A program made the position numbers and the translations under genes. From contig NC_068985.1 of the NCBI RefSeq assembly GCF_001194135.2, positions 86,616,254 through 86,680,253 on the forward strand: a DNA stretch of 64,000 nt, read 5' to 3'. Below, one piece after another: positions 37,682 to 50,592 of the stretch (the stretch's first letter is position 1; the number at the start of each line of letters is the position of its first letter). The notes under the pieces were generated by a model, which was not told the origin of the DNA, ran no database searches, and saw only the letters and a list, made by a program, of their open reading frames with translations. Source of the DNA: Octopus bimaculoides. Lineage: Eukaryota.

Positions 37682-37842
37682 GCATGGCTGTGTGGTAAGA
37701 AGCTTGCTTACCAACCACATTATTCTGGGTTCAGACCCACTGTGTGATACCTCAGGCAAGTGTCCTCTACTTTAGCCTTGGGCCGACCAAAGCCTTAGGA
37801 GTGGATTTGGTAGACCTAAACTGAAAGAAGCTCGTCGTATAT
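37682..37842 (+). mobile_element. OR-type SINE head and core
   Basis: gcatggctgtgtggtaagaagcttgcttaccaaccac...gggttcagacccactg...caggcaagtgtcc...gaaagaagctcgtcgtatat. Confidence 0.85.
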
Positions 37843-38069
37843 ACTCTTTTACTCTTTTACATATTTCAGCCATTTGACTGCGGCCATGCAGGAGCGCTGG
37901 CTTTAATTGAAGTAATCAACCCCAGGACTTATTCTTTGCAAGCTTAGTACTTATTCTATTGATCTCTTTTGCTGAACCGCTAAGTTTCAGGGACATAAAC
38001 ACACCAACATCAGTTGCAATGAAGGTACAAATACAGACACAAAGCAAAGACGCACACGCATAAATATAA

Positions 38070-39007
38070 GAAGAATCTGATAAGAAGATTCAGCAAGCTC
38101 AAGAAATGGTAATAGTGAATCAGCGTGTTATCATCGATGAGGTAACTTATTCTTTGCAGATTACTCATGATTTTGCCTATCAAATCCTGATGAGCTCGGC
38201 TTCCATAAAGGCTGTGCAAGTTGGATGCCAAGAGAGAGCTTACTGCAGAACACAAGCGCAAACGTCTTGAGGTTTGCCAAGGTTTACTTGATTGCTACAA
38301 CAATGAGGGCGAGGAATGTTTGAGCAGAATAGTCAGAGGGGATGAAACGTGGGTCCATCATTATGAGGCAGAATCCAAAAGACAGAGTATGGAGTGGAAA
38401 CATCCTGGCTTGCTAGCGATGAAGAAATTCAAGACTCGGTCTTCTGCAGGAAAGGTGATGCTAACCCTTTTTTGGGACTCAAAAGGGCCTATACTGGAAG
38501 ACTACCCGGAAAAGGGGTGTATGATCAACAGTGCAAGATACAGTGCTCTGCTGGTCAACAAACTGAAGCCAACAATTTGTACCAAAGGCCAAAGACTATC
38601 ACTGAAGAAAGTTTTGTGGTTGCATGACAATGCATGCCCACGCATGGCCACCCACACCATTGAAACCATTAACCAATTAGGGCTTGAGGTGCTGGAACAC
38701 CCTGCCTACAGCCCAGATCTCTCTCCTTTCAACTATCACATCTTTCGACTGCTCAAAGATAGTTTATGAGGTTATTGATTTCCTATGGATGAAGATGTAA
38801 AGGAAGAGGTGCATAAAGGGTTGCACGACCAACTGAAATCCTTCTTCTAGGAGGGAATATGCAAACTGGTGGACCACTGAACCACGTGCATTGGAAAAGA
38901 AGGAGACTATATAGAAAAATGGTGTACTTGTATATCCCCAGTTTTCATGTAAATATACAGAAAAAATAAGAATGCGGTATGCATGTAATTTTTAAGTCTC
39001 CCTCATA
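38070..39007 (+). pseudogene. mariner (DD34D-type) transposase pseudogene with right TIR
   Basis: ORF 38221..38769 has IVRGDETWVHHYE, LHDNACP and HPAYSPDLSPFNYHIF (third catalytic D replaced by N). A frameshifted HTH region lies upstream. The element ends ...ttaagtctccctcata. Confidence 0.92.
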
Positions 39008-40900
39008 TGTGTTGCTTGGTTCAGCAATCAAACTTCAAAATGAATGATCAAGAGTTCAGTTCCCCAAAACATTAATCTAAACACATTTTAAAGTTAGTAG
39101 ACAAGAGTAAAGTAAACAATATTGCTTGTTTGACTTGCTCTTTTTTTATAATTCTAAGTTAAGATCAAACATACATTGGTAATACTGAAATAATTTTAAT
39201 AATAAATGAAATGTGCTTTGTTTTTATTAACAAAATATCTTTACAAGAAGGAAAGAAAAAAACATATTAAAAGTATAAAAGATCGAATTACTGAGAGAAT
39301 AAAAAGACCCATAACTACCTCACCAAAGAAATAAAGGAAATATGGGGGTTAAGCAGGAAGGGGTAATAGGTTGAACACCCCAAAACAAATGATGTGTTTA
39401 GTTGTGCATCACAGACAGGATTGTAAAGGTGTCATCATAGAGAATGGCTAGCAACATACATTGCAGCAGTGTTCCCACCCTGTGGGACTCATTTCTTAAT
39501 CAGGCTCTATTTATCCTGATTTTGTGGAGGAAATCACCAGCATGGGGTTGGAGGACACCTGAAGTCCTGAATGTGACTGGCATGATCTGATATTGGCCAT
39601 GTCAATATTTCTTTCCTCTACATTACAGGCAGCAATCCCCAGGTTTGCAGCCAATGCAGGAATTATATCCCATTACAGTTTCAGATATTTCATTTCTAAA
39701 TAGTTTTACTTTACTTTGTATGGATTCTCTTATCACTACTTTAACAAGTATGGCAAAATTTACACTTGGCTGATGATGTCATTACAAGGTTGAAACATGT
39801 GCAGATATGTCTCCCTTCTATATAATATTAGTCAATAGCTCATATTATATTTCCCCATTTTCTTCAAATCATACTTATTTCTCTCTAGCTTTAATTAGTT
39901 TTAAATACCTTAATACTGTTAGTTTTCATATAAAAGATGTTTTTTTGGTGTTAAATTATATATTTTAACATCAACCAGAATATAATTTTTTACATTTATC
40001 TCAATGATTTTGCTACAGTTTCTTTAACATGGAAAAGTAAAGTCTATATTCTTGCTGATGAGGTCATAATAAAACTGAAAGATATCTAGAATTAAACCTA
40101 TCTGCCAAAATAATCTTATCTATTAATTGATATTGTTGCTTATGCTTTATCACATAGTTACTTCTAGTTTGGTTTTCCATGATCCCTACATTATACACAT
40201 ATTATTACTGCCATAAATATTATTTTGTCATGCAGATAGCAGCTCTGAATTATTTTTTTAAATGATTTTTTTTCCTTTAAACAACAATATGCTATAAGAC
40301 AGTAACCTAGAAAGTAATAGAGCTTTGAATTCAACCCAGGAGATACTAAATAATTATTTCTATATAATAATAACAGAAACAACAACAACAGCAACAACAA
40401 CAACTACATCTGCAACAACAACCCAGCTCTAGTTATTTACAATATATGTTAACATTATCCCCATTAATATTTTCAAGAAAAATCCATTCTTACCATTTTT
40501 TTCTGCCGCCAATATTGGAAGTAAATTAATAATTCATATTTTCTTAATTCATAAATTTTTTTCCCCCCGGTTACTTTTTCTTTTCTTTTCTTTTATTTAA
40601 TTTCAATTTTTTTTTTTTTTTCATTTTCAAGTCTATGAAATTTGACAATCTGTCAACGGAATTAAAGTCAGAACAAGGAAAACTCTTCTTTGATGCATTG
40701 AACTTTTAATTCTTGGATCTTAAAATTTATCGTAAAAAGCCTGGTGTTAATGAACAGAAGTAAAACAAATGGCAATGAAAGAGAAACATTCTCTCTCCAC
40801 CCCTCCGACAATATTTTAATGGATTACACTCTTCTATAAAATTTATTTATTATTATTATCATTATTAGTATTACCATCATCATCATCATTATTATTATTA

Positions 40901-40955
<55 letters not shown>

Positions 40956-41559
40956 CTTCATACTTTACTTTGTCAAGAGGCAGCTAAAAGGTTGAATTTT
41001 AGCTTAAAATATTACCGAAATTTATTATTGATCTTGTCAATTTGAGACTAAATGAATGAATGAATAATTAAATAAATAAAATAAGAAATAAGGAAGGAAG
41101 AAAGAAAAGAAAAAAGGAAAGAAAAAAGAAAGAAAGAAAAAAAAAAGGAAGAAAGAAGGAATGCATTGCTAGATTGTATTTTTGATATCAATATTGAAAT
41201 GTAAATTTTTAGTTCCATCTGAAACCAACACATGTTCTTCAGGCCAATGAATAAGACCTTTATGTCGGTGCTTGACCTGCTACAGTTAGTGATCAAATTT
41301 TTCATGTCTCATCAGAACATCTGACAAAGTCGGTAGTAGGGCTGGGAGTGTGTGTGTGGGGGTGAAGAACATACAGCATTGTATGGTTCTAAGTAGACTG
41401 TGCCTGAATAAAAGATGGGGTGGTCATTGTTTATTAGCATAACAATAGAGTCAACAGTGAATTGAACCCTCCACTCTAGATTCACTCGTCATATCAGCAA
41501 TATTGTATCCAACTCCTCTAAATCTAACTCTAACTTCCGTGCCCATTCCTTCTTCTGCA

Positions 41560-42620
41560 GAATTCATCCCTCTGGAATTCCCCTCAGCTTCAATACATTA
41601 ACCCTTTTGTATTTAGATTGTTTTGCCAGTATGTTACATTCACATACTATACGAGTAATGCTTTCCTCTTTTGACTTATATAATCTACATTGGGAATCTA
41701 CTTGGTTTTCGTCTATCTCAGCTTTTATCCAATTAGTCCTTAATGCTTGATCTTGTGCAGCTACTAACAAACTTTCTGTCTCCCTCTTCCACTTTCCTTT
41801 CTGCAGCCATAACCATGTCTCACCACTACTAGTTGGTGAAACCACCTTTGAGAATCTACCATGCCAGTCAGATAATGCCTTCTCCTGCCAGTCAGATAAT
41901 TTTTGTTCTTTGGTCTGATGTTTAAGTTCGTTTGGTGTTTTGGTTTTCCTATGTCTTACCGTGACTCTAGCAGCTTTAAATAAACATTCTTCACTATTAC
42001 CTACACAGGAGTCTATATCTACTCTAGCTAACTCTACGCAGTCTTCTACTGATATTATACCTCTTTCATCTTCCTTTCTAGGTATGTATAATCTTGCTAC
42101 TCCTACCCTTGGGTGGAGTCCTCCATTCATATTGAATTCCTTCCTAGTTCTTCTGTCTAGTTTTTATAGTTCAGTGTTTGTCCAATCTACAAAAGCTGCT
42201 GAGTATCTAAGTAATGATACTGCCCAAGTATTTACAGCCTTCACTAGATTCGGACCATTTAGCTTTCTCTTTATCAGTTTCCTCTCCCTTCTGATGTATT
42301 CCTTAGTTTCCGTTTTCATTTCTGTATTTAGTATCCTGTCAGGTTCTAATACTACTAAATACTTATAACTATCTCCTCTTTTCAATGATTTTAATGCCTT
42401 TCCATCTGGTAATTGGATGCTTTGCTGTTGACTACTTGCCCCCTTCTCATGACTAATATTGTACACTTCCTTGTCTTTAATGACTATGTCTGGCCAATTG
42501 GCATGGATCATTCTGTTGGTGTTAACTGGAGGATAGTGATATTTTTACCTTCATACCAGTATGAAGGAGTGCAGATTTTGCAGTTTTTGCATATTTTCAA
42601 ATGTAAATACTGTCCTACCA
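41560..42620 (-). pseudogene. R4/Dong-clade non-LTR retrotransposon fragments (RT C-terminus, Zn knuckle, REL piece)
   Basis: YKYL.VLE, KLNGPNLVKAVNTWAVSLLRYSAAFVDW, LHPR..VARLYIPRK...GIISVEDC, TESLLVAAQDQALRTN, CRL.K.KEESITRIVCEC, and GQYLH.KIC / ANWPDIVIKDKE. Confidence 0.9.
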
Positions 42621-42666
<46 letters not shown>

Positions 42667-42841
42667 TATATTATTAATGTTTGGCAGGAGTAACTGAGCG
42701 AAACAAGGGCTGAGAGTTTTGTGTGTTAGCACTTATCAGACTATGTACCATCTTGTACTTATGTATGTGTGTTTGTGTGTGTGTGTGCATGTGTGTATGT
42801 GTGTGCGTGTGCTCATGTGTATGTATGTATGAGTGTGCATG

Positions 42842-42877
<36 letters not shown>

Positions 42878-43451
42878 GCCGTATTCTGCACACTTAACAT
42901 CTGCTGTATTTCACTCACGAGGTTTTCGTTAATGCAAGGCTGCAGCAAACGAAAAGGTTGCAAAGAGCCACACACTGAGATCAAACCGAGGACTATGTGG
43001 CTGCAAAGCCAACTTTTTAATCTCACCACTTTGCTAATTGAGTTGAGAAAGCAACAGAGCATTAAAAATATTGGGTGACGTATAAATTCCTGTATTGGAT
43101 CTGTAATGTGAGTGATTGATCTATTATGAGTGAATAATTAGCTAGAGATAGTGATGAAAGATTAATTAAATGAACTGCAGGTAGGATCTAATTATTGAGA
43201 TAAAGGGAAATGTAGTTAAATTAGTGCTGAGAAGAGCGTTTTTTCTTTCATAAAAGAAGTGGTAAGGGTTCAGACTGCAGAGGAACTTTCTGTTTTACAA
43301 GACTGTTCTCATTGAAGGAAACGTGTCTTAAAATAATGATAATCCCATGTTCCATTATCCAACCAGATATCCAATTCTAGCATTCCACCTTCTAATATCA
43401 ATTCATAAGTTGAACATCTGTGACTAGAATTCAAACATCAATAAGGACATT

Positions 43452-43800
43452 TGCTTCTCAACCACATGGTTCCAGGTTCAGTTCCACTGCACGGTACATT
43501 GGCCAGATACCTTCTTCTATAACCTTAGGCAGACCAAAGTCTTATGAGTGTATTTGGTAGATGAAAATTGAAAGAAGCCCATTGTATATGTGTGAGTGTG
43601 TGTCTTTGTGTGTCTGTGATTGTCATTCACCACCGTTTGATAACCAGTGTTGGTTTGTTTACATCCCCATAAGTTAGTGGCTCAGTAGAAGCATCATACT
43701 TAAAAGGAATAAGTACTGGGATCAATTCATTCAACTAAAAATTCTTCAAGGTGTGCCCCAGCATGACCACAGTCTAATGACTGAAACTAGCACAAGATAC
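43452..43800 (+). mobile_element. OR-type SINE
   Basis: tttgcttctcaaccacatggttccaggttcagttccactgc...gaaagaagccc...gccccagcatgaccacagtctaatgactgaaac. Confidence 0.85.
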
Positions 43801-43929
43801 AGTTTGCAATTCATTTGCACCCCATTGTAATATCAAAAGGGCTTGTGGAGAAATTTTACGAATCATGCTTTATTGTTAAAAGACAGAACAGATATTTTGG
43901 GCTGTGAAAATAAGATCGCAATCAGACGA

Positions 43930-44700
43930 GATAGGGACATGGATTTCTAATGAGGATAACATGGATAATATTGCAAGTAATACAAGTGGTATGAATAACA
44001 TGAATACTATTAAAGTCAACTATGATCATATGAATACACATGTGAATAATGACAATAATTATATATGAATAGTCCTAACTATACTACTCATATTAGTGAT
44101 GATAACAATAACAGTAATTCTCATAGTTCTAATCATAAGACTAACAGTATTGCTAATTATACTGATTTTGACGCAGCTATTAATGCACTTCTCAGAATAA
44201 GGTATACAACTGTAGATTACTTGTTACTTGTCCTTTGATGGGCCATTACTTATGCTATAACACTGTATATAAATGTACTGTCGCAACCATAAATAGCCAC
44301 AATCTATGTTGAAGCTTCTTCTTGAATATCACGAGGAATCAACCTACATCCTTGGCTGACTATATCCAGCACCTCAAAATCGAGAGTATTTGGTATGACA
44401 TTTTCTAATCCATTACTAATAATGGAATGTCATACATTGGAAACCGACTACCTTGTGGTTTATGCTGCTATGAGTCCCCCTGTATATTATGTGAGAATGA
44501 AAACCATCTCCTTAATTACTTCTCTGATGTGATTACCTCTTGTTGGCACAGATATTACAAAGCTTTCTCTGATTACCATTGTTTTGATATAAAAGCAATT
44601 CCCTATTTCACATCACAGCTAAACTTAGCAGAGTGTCATTTCTCCTGGGGAGATGAACTGTCTGTCTTGCCATGAAGAGAAGGCTTAGTCGTTGCGATGT
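43930..44700 (+). pseudogene. possible highly decayed CR1/L2-clade LINE: Asn-rich linker then apurinic endonuclease start
   Basis: Plus frames give LRIRYTTVDYLL (cf. LRILYTNADSL), CCYESP (cf. CYRSP) and KAFSDYHCFDI (cf. IIGDFNYPDI) in the expected order. Many stops and frameshifts. Confidence 0.35.
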
Positions 44701-44934
44701 GGTCAGAGTTATTCCTGTGTAGCATTGCAATCCTGTTGCAATAATTTATGGTGAGTTATTCACTGTTAACTGAGGTGATTGCGTGAGGTCAATTAGGTGA
44801 GTTTGTACATTGTAAACAGAAAGGTTTCTGACATTTACCAGAAAACATTTCTTTCCCTGTGTTCAATGAATCAATGGACTGAACAAAAGTACAGGATTAC
44901 TAAAAAGCACTGTGAATGTGTGTGTGTGTGTCAT

Positions 44935-45323
44935 CATCATCATCATTATTGTTTAACGTCCGTTTTCCATGCTGGCATGGGTTGGATGGTTTGACTGAGG
45001 ACTGGCGAACCAGATGGCTGCACCAGGCTCCAATCTGATCTGGCAATGTTTCTACAGCTGGATGCCCTTCCTAACACCAACCTCTCCAAGAATGTAGTGC
45101 GTGCTTTTTACATTCCACTGGCACAGGAGCCAGTCAGGTGGACCTGGCATTGATCGCGTTTGGATAGTAATTTTTATGTGTCTCTGGTGGGTGGGGCCAG
45201 TCAGGGGGTACTGGCATTGGCCATGTTTGGATAGTGCTTTTTACGTGCCACTGGCACGGGCACCAGTCAGGCTGTCCTGGCATCAATCACGTTCAGATAG
45301 TGCTTTTTACACATGTGTGTATG

Positions 45324-45371
<48 letters not shown>

Positions 45372-45652
45372 TATATATATATCTTTATCTCTCTGTCTAC
45401 CTATCTGTCTATCTGTCTGTCTGTCTACCTGCCTAAAAAGCTTCTGTGCTGGTGCCTCATAAAAAGTGCCCAGTACAGTCCATAAAATGGTTGGCATTAG
45501 GAAGGGCATCCAGCCATGGAAACCATGCCAAAAGAGCCAGTTGGAGCCTGGTGCAGCTCTCTGGCTTTCCAGCTCCTTGTCAAACCGTCCAACTCATGTC
45601 AGCATGGAAAACGGATGTTAAAAGGATGATGATTAATGATGGTGATGATGAT
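44935..45652. mobile_element. two RTE-type 3' ends in opposite orientation (44935-45305 minus, 45440-45652 plus)
   Basis: Each carries the ggaagggcatccagc / ccaacccatgc / (GAT)n module. Confidence 0.8.
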
Positions 45653-45672
45653 ATATGAGTACACACATTATG

Positions 45673-45709
<37 letters not shown>

Positions 45710-47640
45710 TTCCGTAACCTTCAATATATTCCACTTTCCCTAAGTTTTCACCAACTCTGCTATCAAACAACCATAAACTATATATCATGTACTGCTTCAG
45801 ATAAATTCTATTTCATATTTTTTTTTTATATATATTTCTAACTCCATTTTACCCCCTCTTGCACTTTTAATCTATAAGTATATCTTCGTAGCACTTTGGT
45901 TTTCTTTATTCATTTTTTTTTCTTTTGTCAAAACTGAACCTGCAACAAGTGTTTGTAACATATACTCAGTATTATTTTAAATGACTGCTACTTCTGTTCC
46001 AGAAAACAATAAGTAACTTGACACACTTCTTCAATACCGAAGCTTTCTCTCTTATTCTCCACCATCTTCGTTTTTGCTTTTAACAAACTGAGAGAAACAA
46101 AGTTTCTTATATTCATAATGTGTAGGCAAACTGTCTTGAGAGAAGGAAAATCCAAAACAAAATGAATATAGCATGAAGACATTTTTATCAATTCGTGCTG
46201 TAGTAGAGTTATGTCACATGTTTTGTTGTCAGGAAAGTAATTTGTCAAAAAGAAAAGAAGATGAATTAAAACTGATCTACAGGAAGAAACATATTCTTCT
46301 TGAGCTGGCAATGCAAATACCGTTGTTGTTGCCATGGTGATATCATAACTACTCAGCCACACAGTGTGCCAGTAACATTAGCAGTAAAATTCCAAGCAGA
46401 AATAGGCAAGATACCACCATTTACATGAAGCTATGTTAGTACATTACATGAAAGAAAGAGGGCCAGTGGAAATAACAACCCCAGATATATCAAATCGTCC
46501 TTAACATTTCATATTTGAAATGTATATAAGGGTCAGTTTTAACTTTCTTTTGGTCAGACATAATGAAGGGGTTTTAAAAAAATGGCTGCTTTTGTTTTGA
46601 ACCTTGGCTCAGCCAGGTTTGATGAAGCAGACCTCTGATACAAAGCATTACAGCCATGACCATCCTTTCAATTTCAACCTCTCTCTCTCTCTCTTTCTGT
46701 TTGTCTGTCTCCCTCTGTCTGTCTCCCTCTCTCTTTCTCTGTCATATCTGCAGACATCTACAACTATGATCTTTCATGCCAAACTCTGAAGATCCATGAA
46801 TTTCCTTGGGAAAAATACAGCAATGGCTTCTTTTTAACTTCTCCTATTTTATTTAAAGTTTACTCTGTTGGTCATCTTCCCTCCCAGGTTTACCTTCTAT
46901 TTACAAGGCCACTTTATCTGTTGCACAGTGGGTGTGCGGGAGGGGGGGGGGGTGTTTCCTGAGACATCGGGGACTGTCCACCTACCAGTGGGCCTCAGTG
47001 TATGCTACCAAGTCATAATTGTTTGCAGTGTGTAGTTTTGAAAAATCTTACTGCTATTTCTAACAAATCAAGAACCTCCCATAAAATTTTGGTTGGTATC
47101 AGTAAAAGACAATCTATTAAAGTAAGAATAACGGATAATTATAGTGGATGTTATGAGGAGAAGAGAATGGTTAACATTCTGAGAAGGATTCCTCTGTGTG
47201 AAATGATATAATTGTGTTCACAGCAGATGAACAATATTTCATTTTTAAACATATAATTCCAACATTGAAATCTGACCAAAATAATATTTTTATAATCAAT
47301 CTATCATATAAAGATATTCTTCACTCCCTCCCTTTCTTCGTGCTGCTTTTGTTTTGTTGCAGCATCATAAAACATACCTAATTTTGAAACATGATAACAA
47401 AAAAAAAAGAAAAAAAGAAAATGGAAATTATTATGAAGTAAATAAAGCAAGATAAAGAATTCTGAATTATGTTTTACATAATAGATATTTATAGTCATTC
47501 ATAGTTTGTATTAGTTTGGAACTGTGCTCTATTAAAATCTCTGCTGCTGATCTCAAGATCAAAAGTCACTTTCCAGATATTTCAGGCATAAAGAGAATTT
47601 AGAGAATAAAGATATGCAAAAGTAAAGATGTTTCTTGCAT

Positions 47641-47683
<43 letters not shown>

Positions 47684-47809
47684 CAAACACACACACATGC
47701 AAACACACATGTAAACACAGAAGTAGGCATATATTTGCAGAGACAGACATAAGTGTATGAAGATAGATATGTCACTGAGGCAACAATGAATACATAGTGT
47801 ATGATAATA

Positions 47810-47828
47810 GTAATAATAATAATGATGA

Positions 47829-47894
<66 letters not shown>

Positions 47895-48205
47895 GGAGGA
47901 GGAGGAGGAGGAGGAGGAGGATGAAGATGATGATGATGAAGATGATGATGATGATGATGAAGTTGATGATGATGATGAGGATGATGATGATGATGATGAT
48001 GAGGACGATGATGATGATGATGATGATGATGATGAGGAGGAGGAGGAGGAGGATGAAGATGATGATGATGAAGATGATGATGATGATGAGGAAGTTGATG
48101 ATGATGATGGGGATGATGATGATGATGATGATGAGGACGATGATGATGAGGAGGACGATGATGATGATGCTGCTGATGATGATGATGATGCTGATGATGA
48201 TGATT
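47810..48205. repeat. (GAT/GAG/GAC)n compound trinucleotide repeat with an internal ~140-bp duplication
   Basis: The block gaggaggaggatgaagatgatgatgatgaagatgatgatgatgatga...gttgatgatg occurs twice (~47890 and ~48035). Confidence 0.95.
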
Positions 48206-48639
48206 TCATTTTCTTACTTTGCACAATATCAGCTATTTTTAGGGGTGGGGAAGTGAATCACATTTGCCCCAATGCTCAACTGCTACTTATTTTATAAACC
48301 CTGAAGGGGATGAAAAGTAAAGTCGACCTCAGTGGAATTTGAACTTTGTTGGCCACAAGGGCTGTATATAAACATTTAGGACAACACATAAAGGATAAAG
48401 TGGGGGAGAGATGAAACAAGAAATTCAATACAAGAAAATTATAACAAAATTCTCTAATAGGATGGAGTCTCAACCAAGGGTAACCAAGAAACTCACAGTG
48501 TCTGGATCACCTTAACTGCCAAAAGCAAAACTGGGAAATACCTCTTTCTCACCTGTTCCCTCTATCCTATAGATACAAACCAAGAATAGGCCCTCAGGCT
48601 ACACTCACCACATTCACTCACTTTTCAACAAGTTTACTG

Positions 48640-49480
48640 GAAGTTGGGGTAGCAAGCTTCTCTCTCACCTCCCATGTTAAATGGAACCTAAAACATCGTT
48701 GAGGGCCAAAGAGGAAAGTGTCAGCCTTCAGTCACTTCAGCCTCATTCACCACACAAACACTTTAACCACTTTCACACTGCGTCTGATTCCTCTTATGCC
48801 AAACTACCCTCACAACACACTAGTACTCTGTTGCACATGTACGCTGGCATTGCACATCCAGTGGAGCATACTAGCCTCATTCTTCTCTAGCTTTCCCTTG
48901 TCTGCAGCATTCAGGACTAATGTTTCATTATTCTATAGGATTGCTGTTTGTATACGTGGCACATACAATCTTCCTCTCACTTGGAGAAAGAGACCTTTGG
49001 CTGCCAACAAAAATAAAATCTCCCAGAATTTTCTCCATCCTATTCTTATTCTAGCTATTACACTTTCCATACATCCTCCTCCACTACTGATTGGGTCCCC
49101 TAGGTAGCTGAAATAATCCGCTACCCCCAAAGAGCCTCCATGGTATTTGAGAAAATTGATTTCCCATGTATCTGTAGATTTTATGGCTCCTATGCAACTT
49201 CTATGTGTGAACATTACTTTTAAGACTATGATATATAAATTATAGTTTCTCAAAAATTTCTCAGCTTTCCTAAAATGTGTCTTCCATTCCTCTGTCTTAT
49301 ATTTAAGTCCTTGGATAGTGCCTACAGTGTCTTCTAAGAATTGGTTGATCCTGTTTTGTACTGCTCTGCCTCTTCCCTGTTTGCCATGAGAAAGTTGTCA
49401 CATAAGAGCAACTAGCTCCTCCTTGTGATACCAGCAGTAACCAATAAACTTGTTTCTTTTATATTGTCTCTGTAATGTAT
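48640..49480 (-). pseudogene. RTE-clade LINE reverse transcriptase C-terminal remnant
   Basis: ORF 48933..49253 has FSYLGDPISSGGGCMESVIARIRIGWRKF...RGRLY, followed by EASMLHWMC. Confidence 0.85.
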
Positions 49481-49679
49481 GGTATGTCTTGGCATAACTT
49501 TTTGTTAGTCTTGTGTTGATGCCTTGGGATATTCAGAACAGAACATAGCATTTTGGTGTGTGTGTGTGTGTGTGTGTGTGTGTCTGTGCGCCATTTAAAG
49601 TTTTACTTCATTGCAGCTGCAAATGTTCATGTTATCAAATCATAAATGAAACTTGTTTCAACTGTAACTCTGAAGAAAT

Positions 49680-49930
49680 CTATTTTAGTTTTTCATGGAA
49701 GATTAGATTTGCATATCTTATCCAAACATTTAAGCGCTCCCCATTCTTTACTAATCCTGATTTCCATATCAGTCTTAGATTTGGACATGTGATGTCCAAG
49801 GTACTTGCATGCATTTTTGATTTTTTCTCCATTCAGAGAGAACAAGCTTTCAATTCCATCCGAGCTATGAGAGATATATTCCCTTTTTTTAGCAGCTTTG
49901 ATTTCTTGTTCACACACATACTCTTAGATA
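49680..49930 (-). pseudogene. second RTE-clade RT fragment (different subfamily)
   Basis: KYLG...TDMEIRISKEWGALKCLDKICKSNLP resembles the RTE motif KYLG...DIEIRIAKAW.AL..L.KIWKS.L. Confidence 0.7.
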
Positions 49931-50142
49931 TTTCTATATCTCAGTGATTATGGTAGTATCATTTGGGATATCGGAGCATTATAACCTTGTGAATAATGAT
50001 TGAAGAATTATTAAACAATGAATTTGGTATTTGGTCTCATGTTAGAGTGACAAGCCAAAACCCCCATTTAAGATCTCTGCTGTCCAAGGACACAAAACAA
50101 TAACCATCATATATCTAAAATTAAAATTATGCTTTAATTTTA

Positions 50143-50310
50143 GATATGCCTGTATGGTAAAGAAGTTTCCTTCTCAACCACATGGTTCCAGGTTCAGTCC
50201 CACTGTGTGGCGTCTTGGGCTAGTGTCCTCTACTATGGCCTCAAGTGACAAAAGCCTTGTCAGTGGATTTGATAAATGGAAACTGAAAGAAGCTTGTTGT
50301 ATGCATACAT

Positions 50311-50391
<81 letters not shown>

Positions 50392-50592
50392 TGTTTGTCC
50401 ACTACCACTGTTTGAGAGCAAGTGTTTGTATGTTTAGATCTCTGTAACATAGTGGTTTGGCAAAAGAGACCAATAGAATAAGTACCAGCCTTTTTAAAAA
50501 AGGTACTGGGTTCATTTCGTTGTTTGACTGAAAGTTCTCCAAGACAGTGCACCAGCATGGCCACAGTCTAATGACAGAAACAAAATAAAATG
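50143..50592 (+). mobile_element. OR-type SINE with expanded internal (GT)n
   Basis: Head, core, (GT)n and tail are all present. Confidence 0.85.

Noticed and set aside
37385-37747. Poly-His ORF
   Set aside because: It is a (CAT/CAC)n microsatellite running into a SINE head.
38187-38200. CTGATGAG hammerhead-like word
   Set aside because: It lies within mariner coding sequence (DELGFH) and has no matching helix II-GAAA architecture.
47797-48297. 166-aa poly-Asp/Glu ORF resembling an acidic protein domain
   Set aside because: It is a pure GAT/GAG microsatellite that is open in several frames and on both strands, with no unique flanking coding sequence or convincing splice sites.
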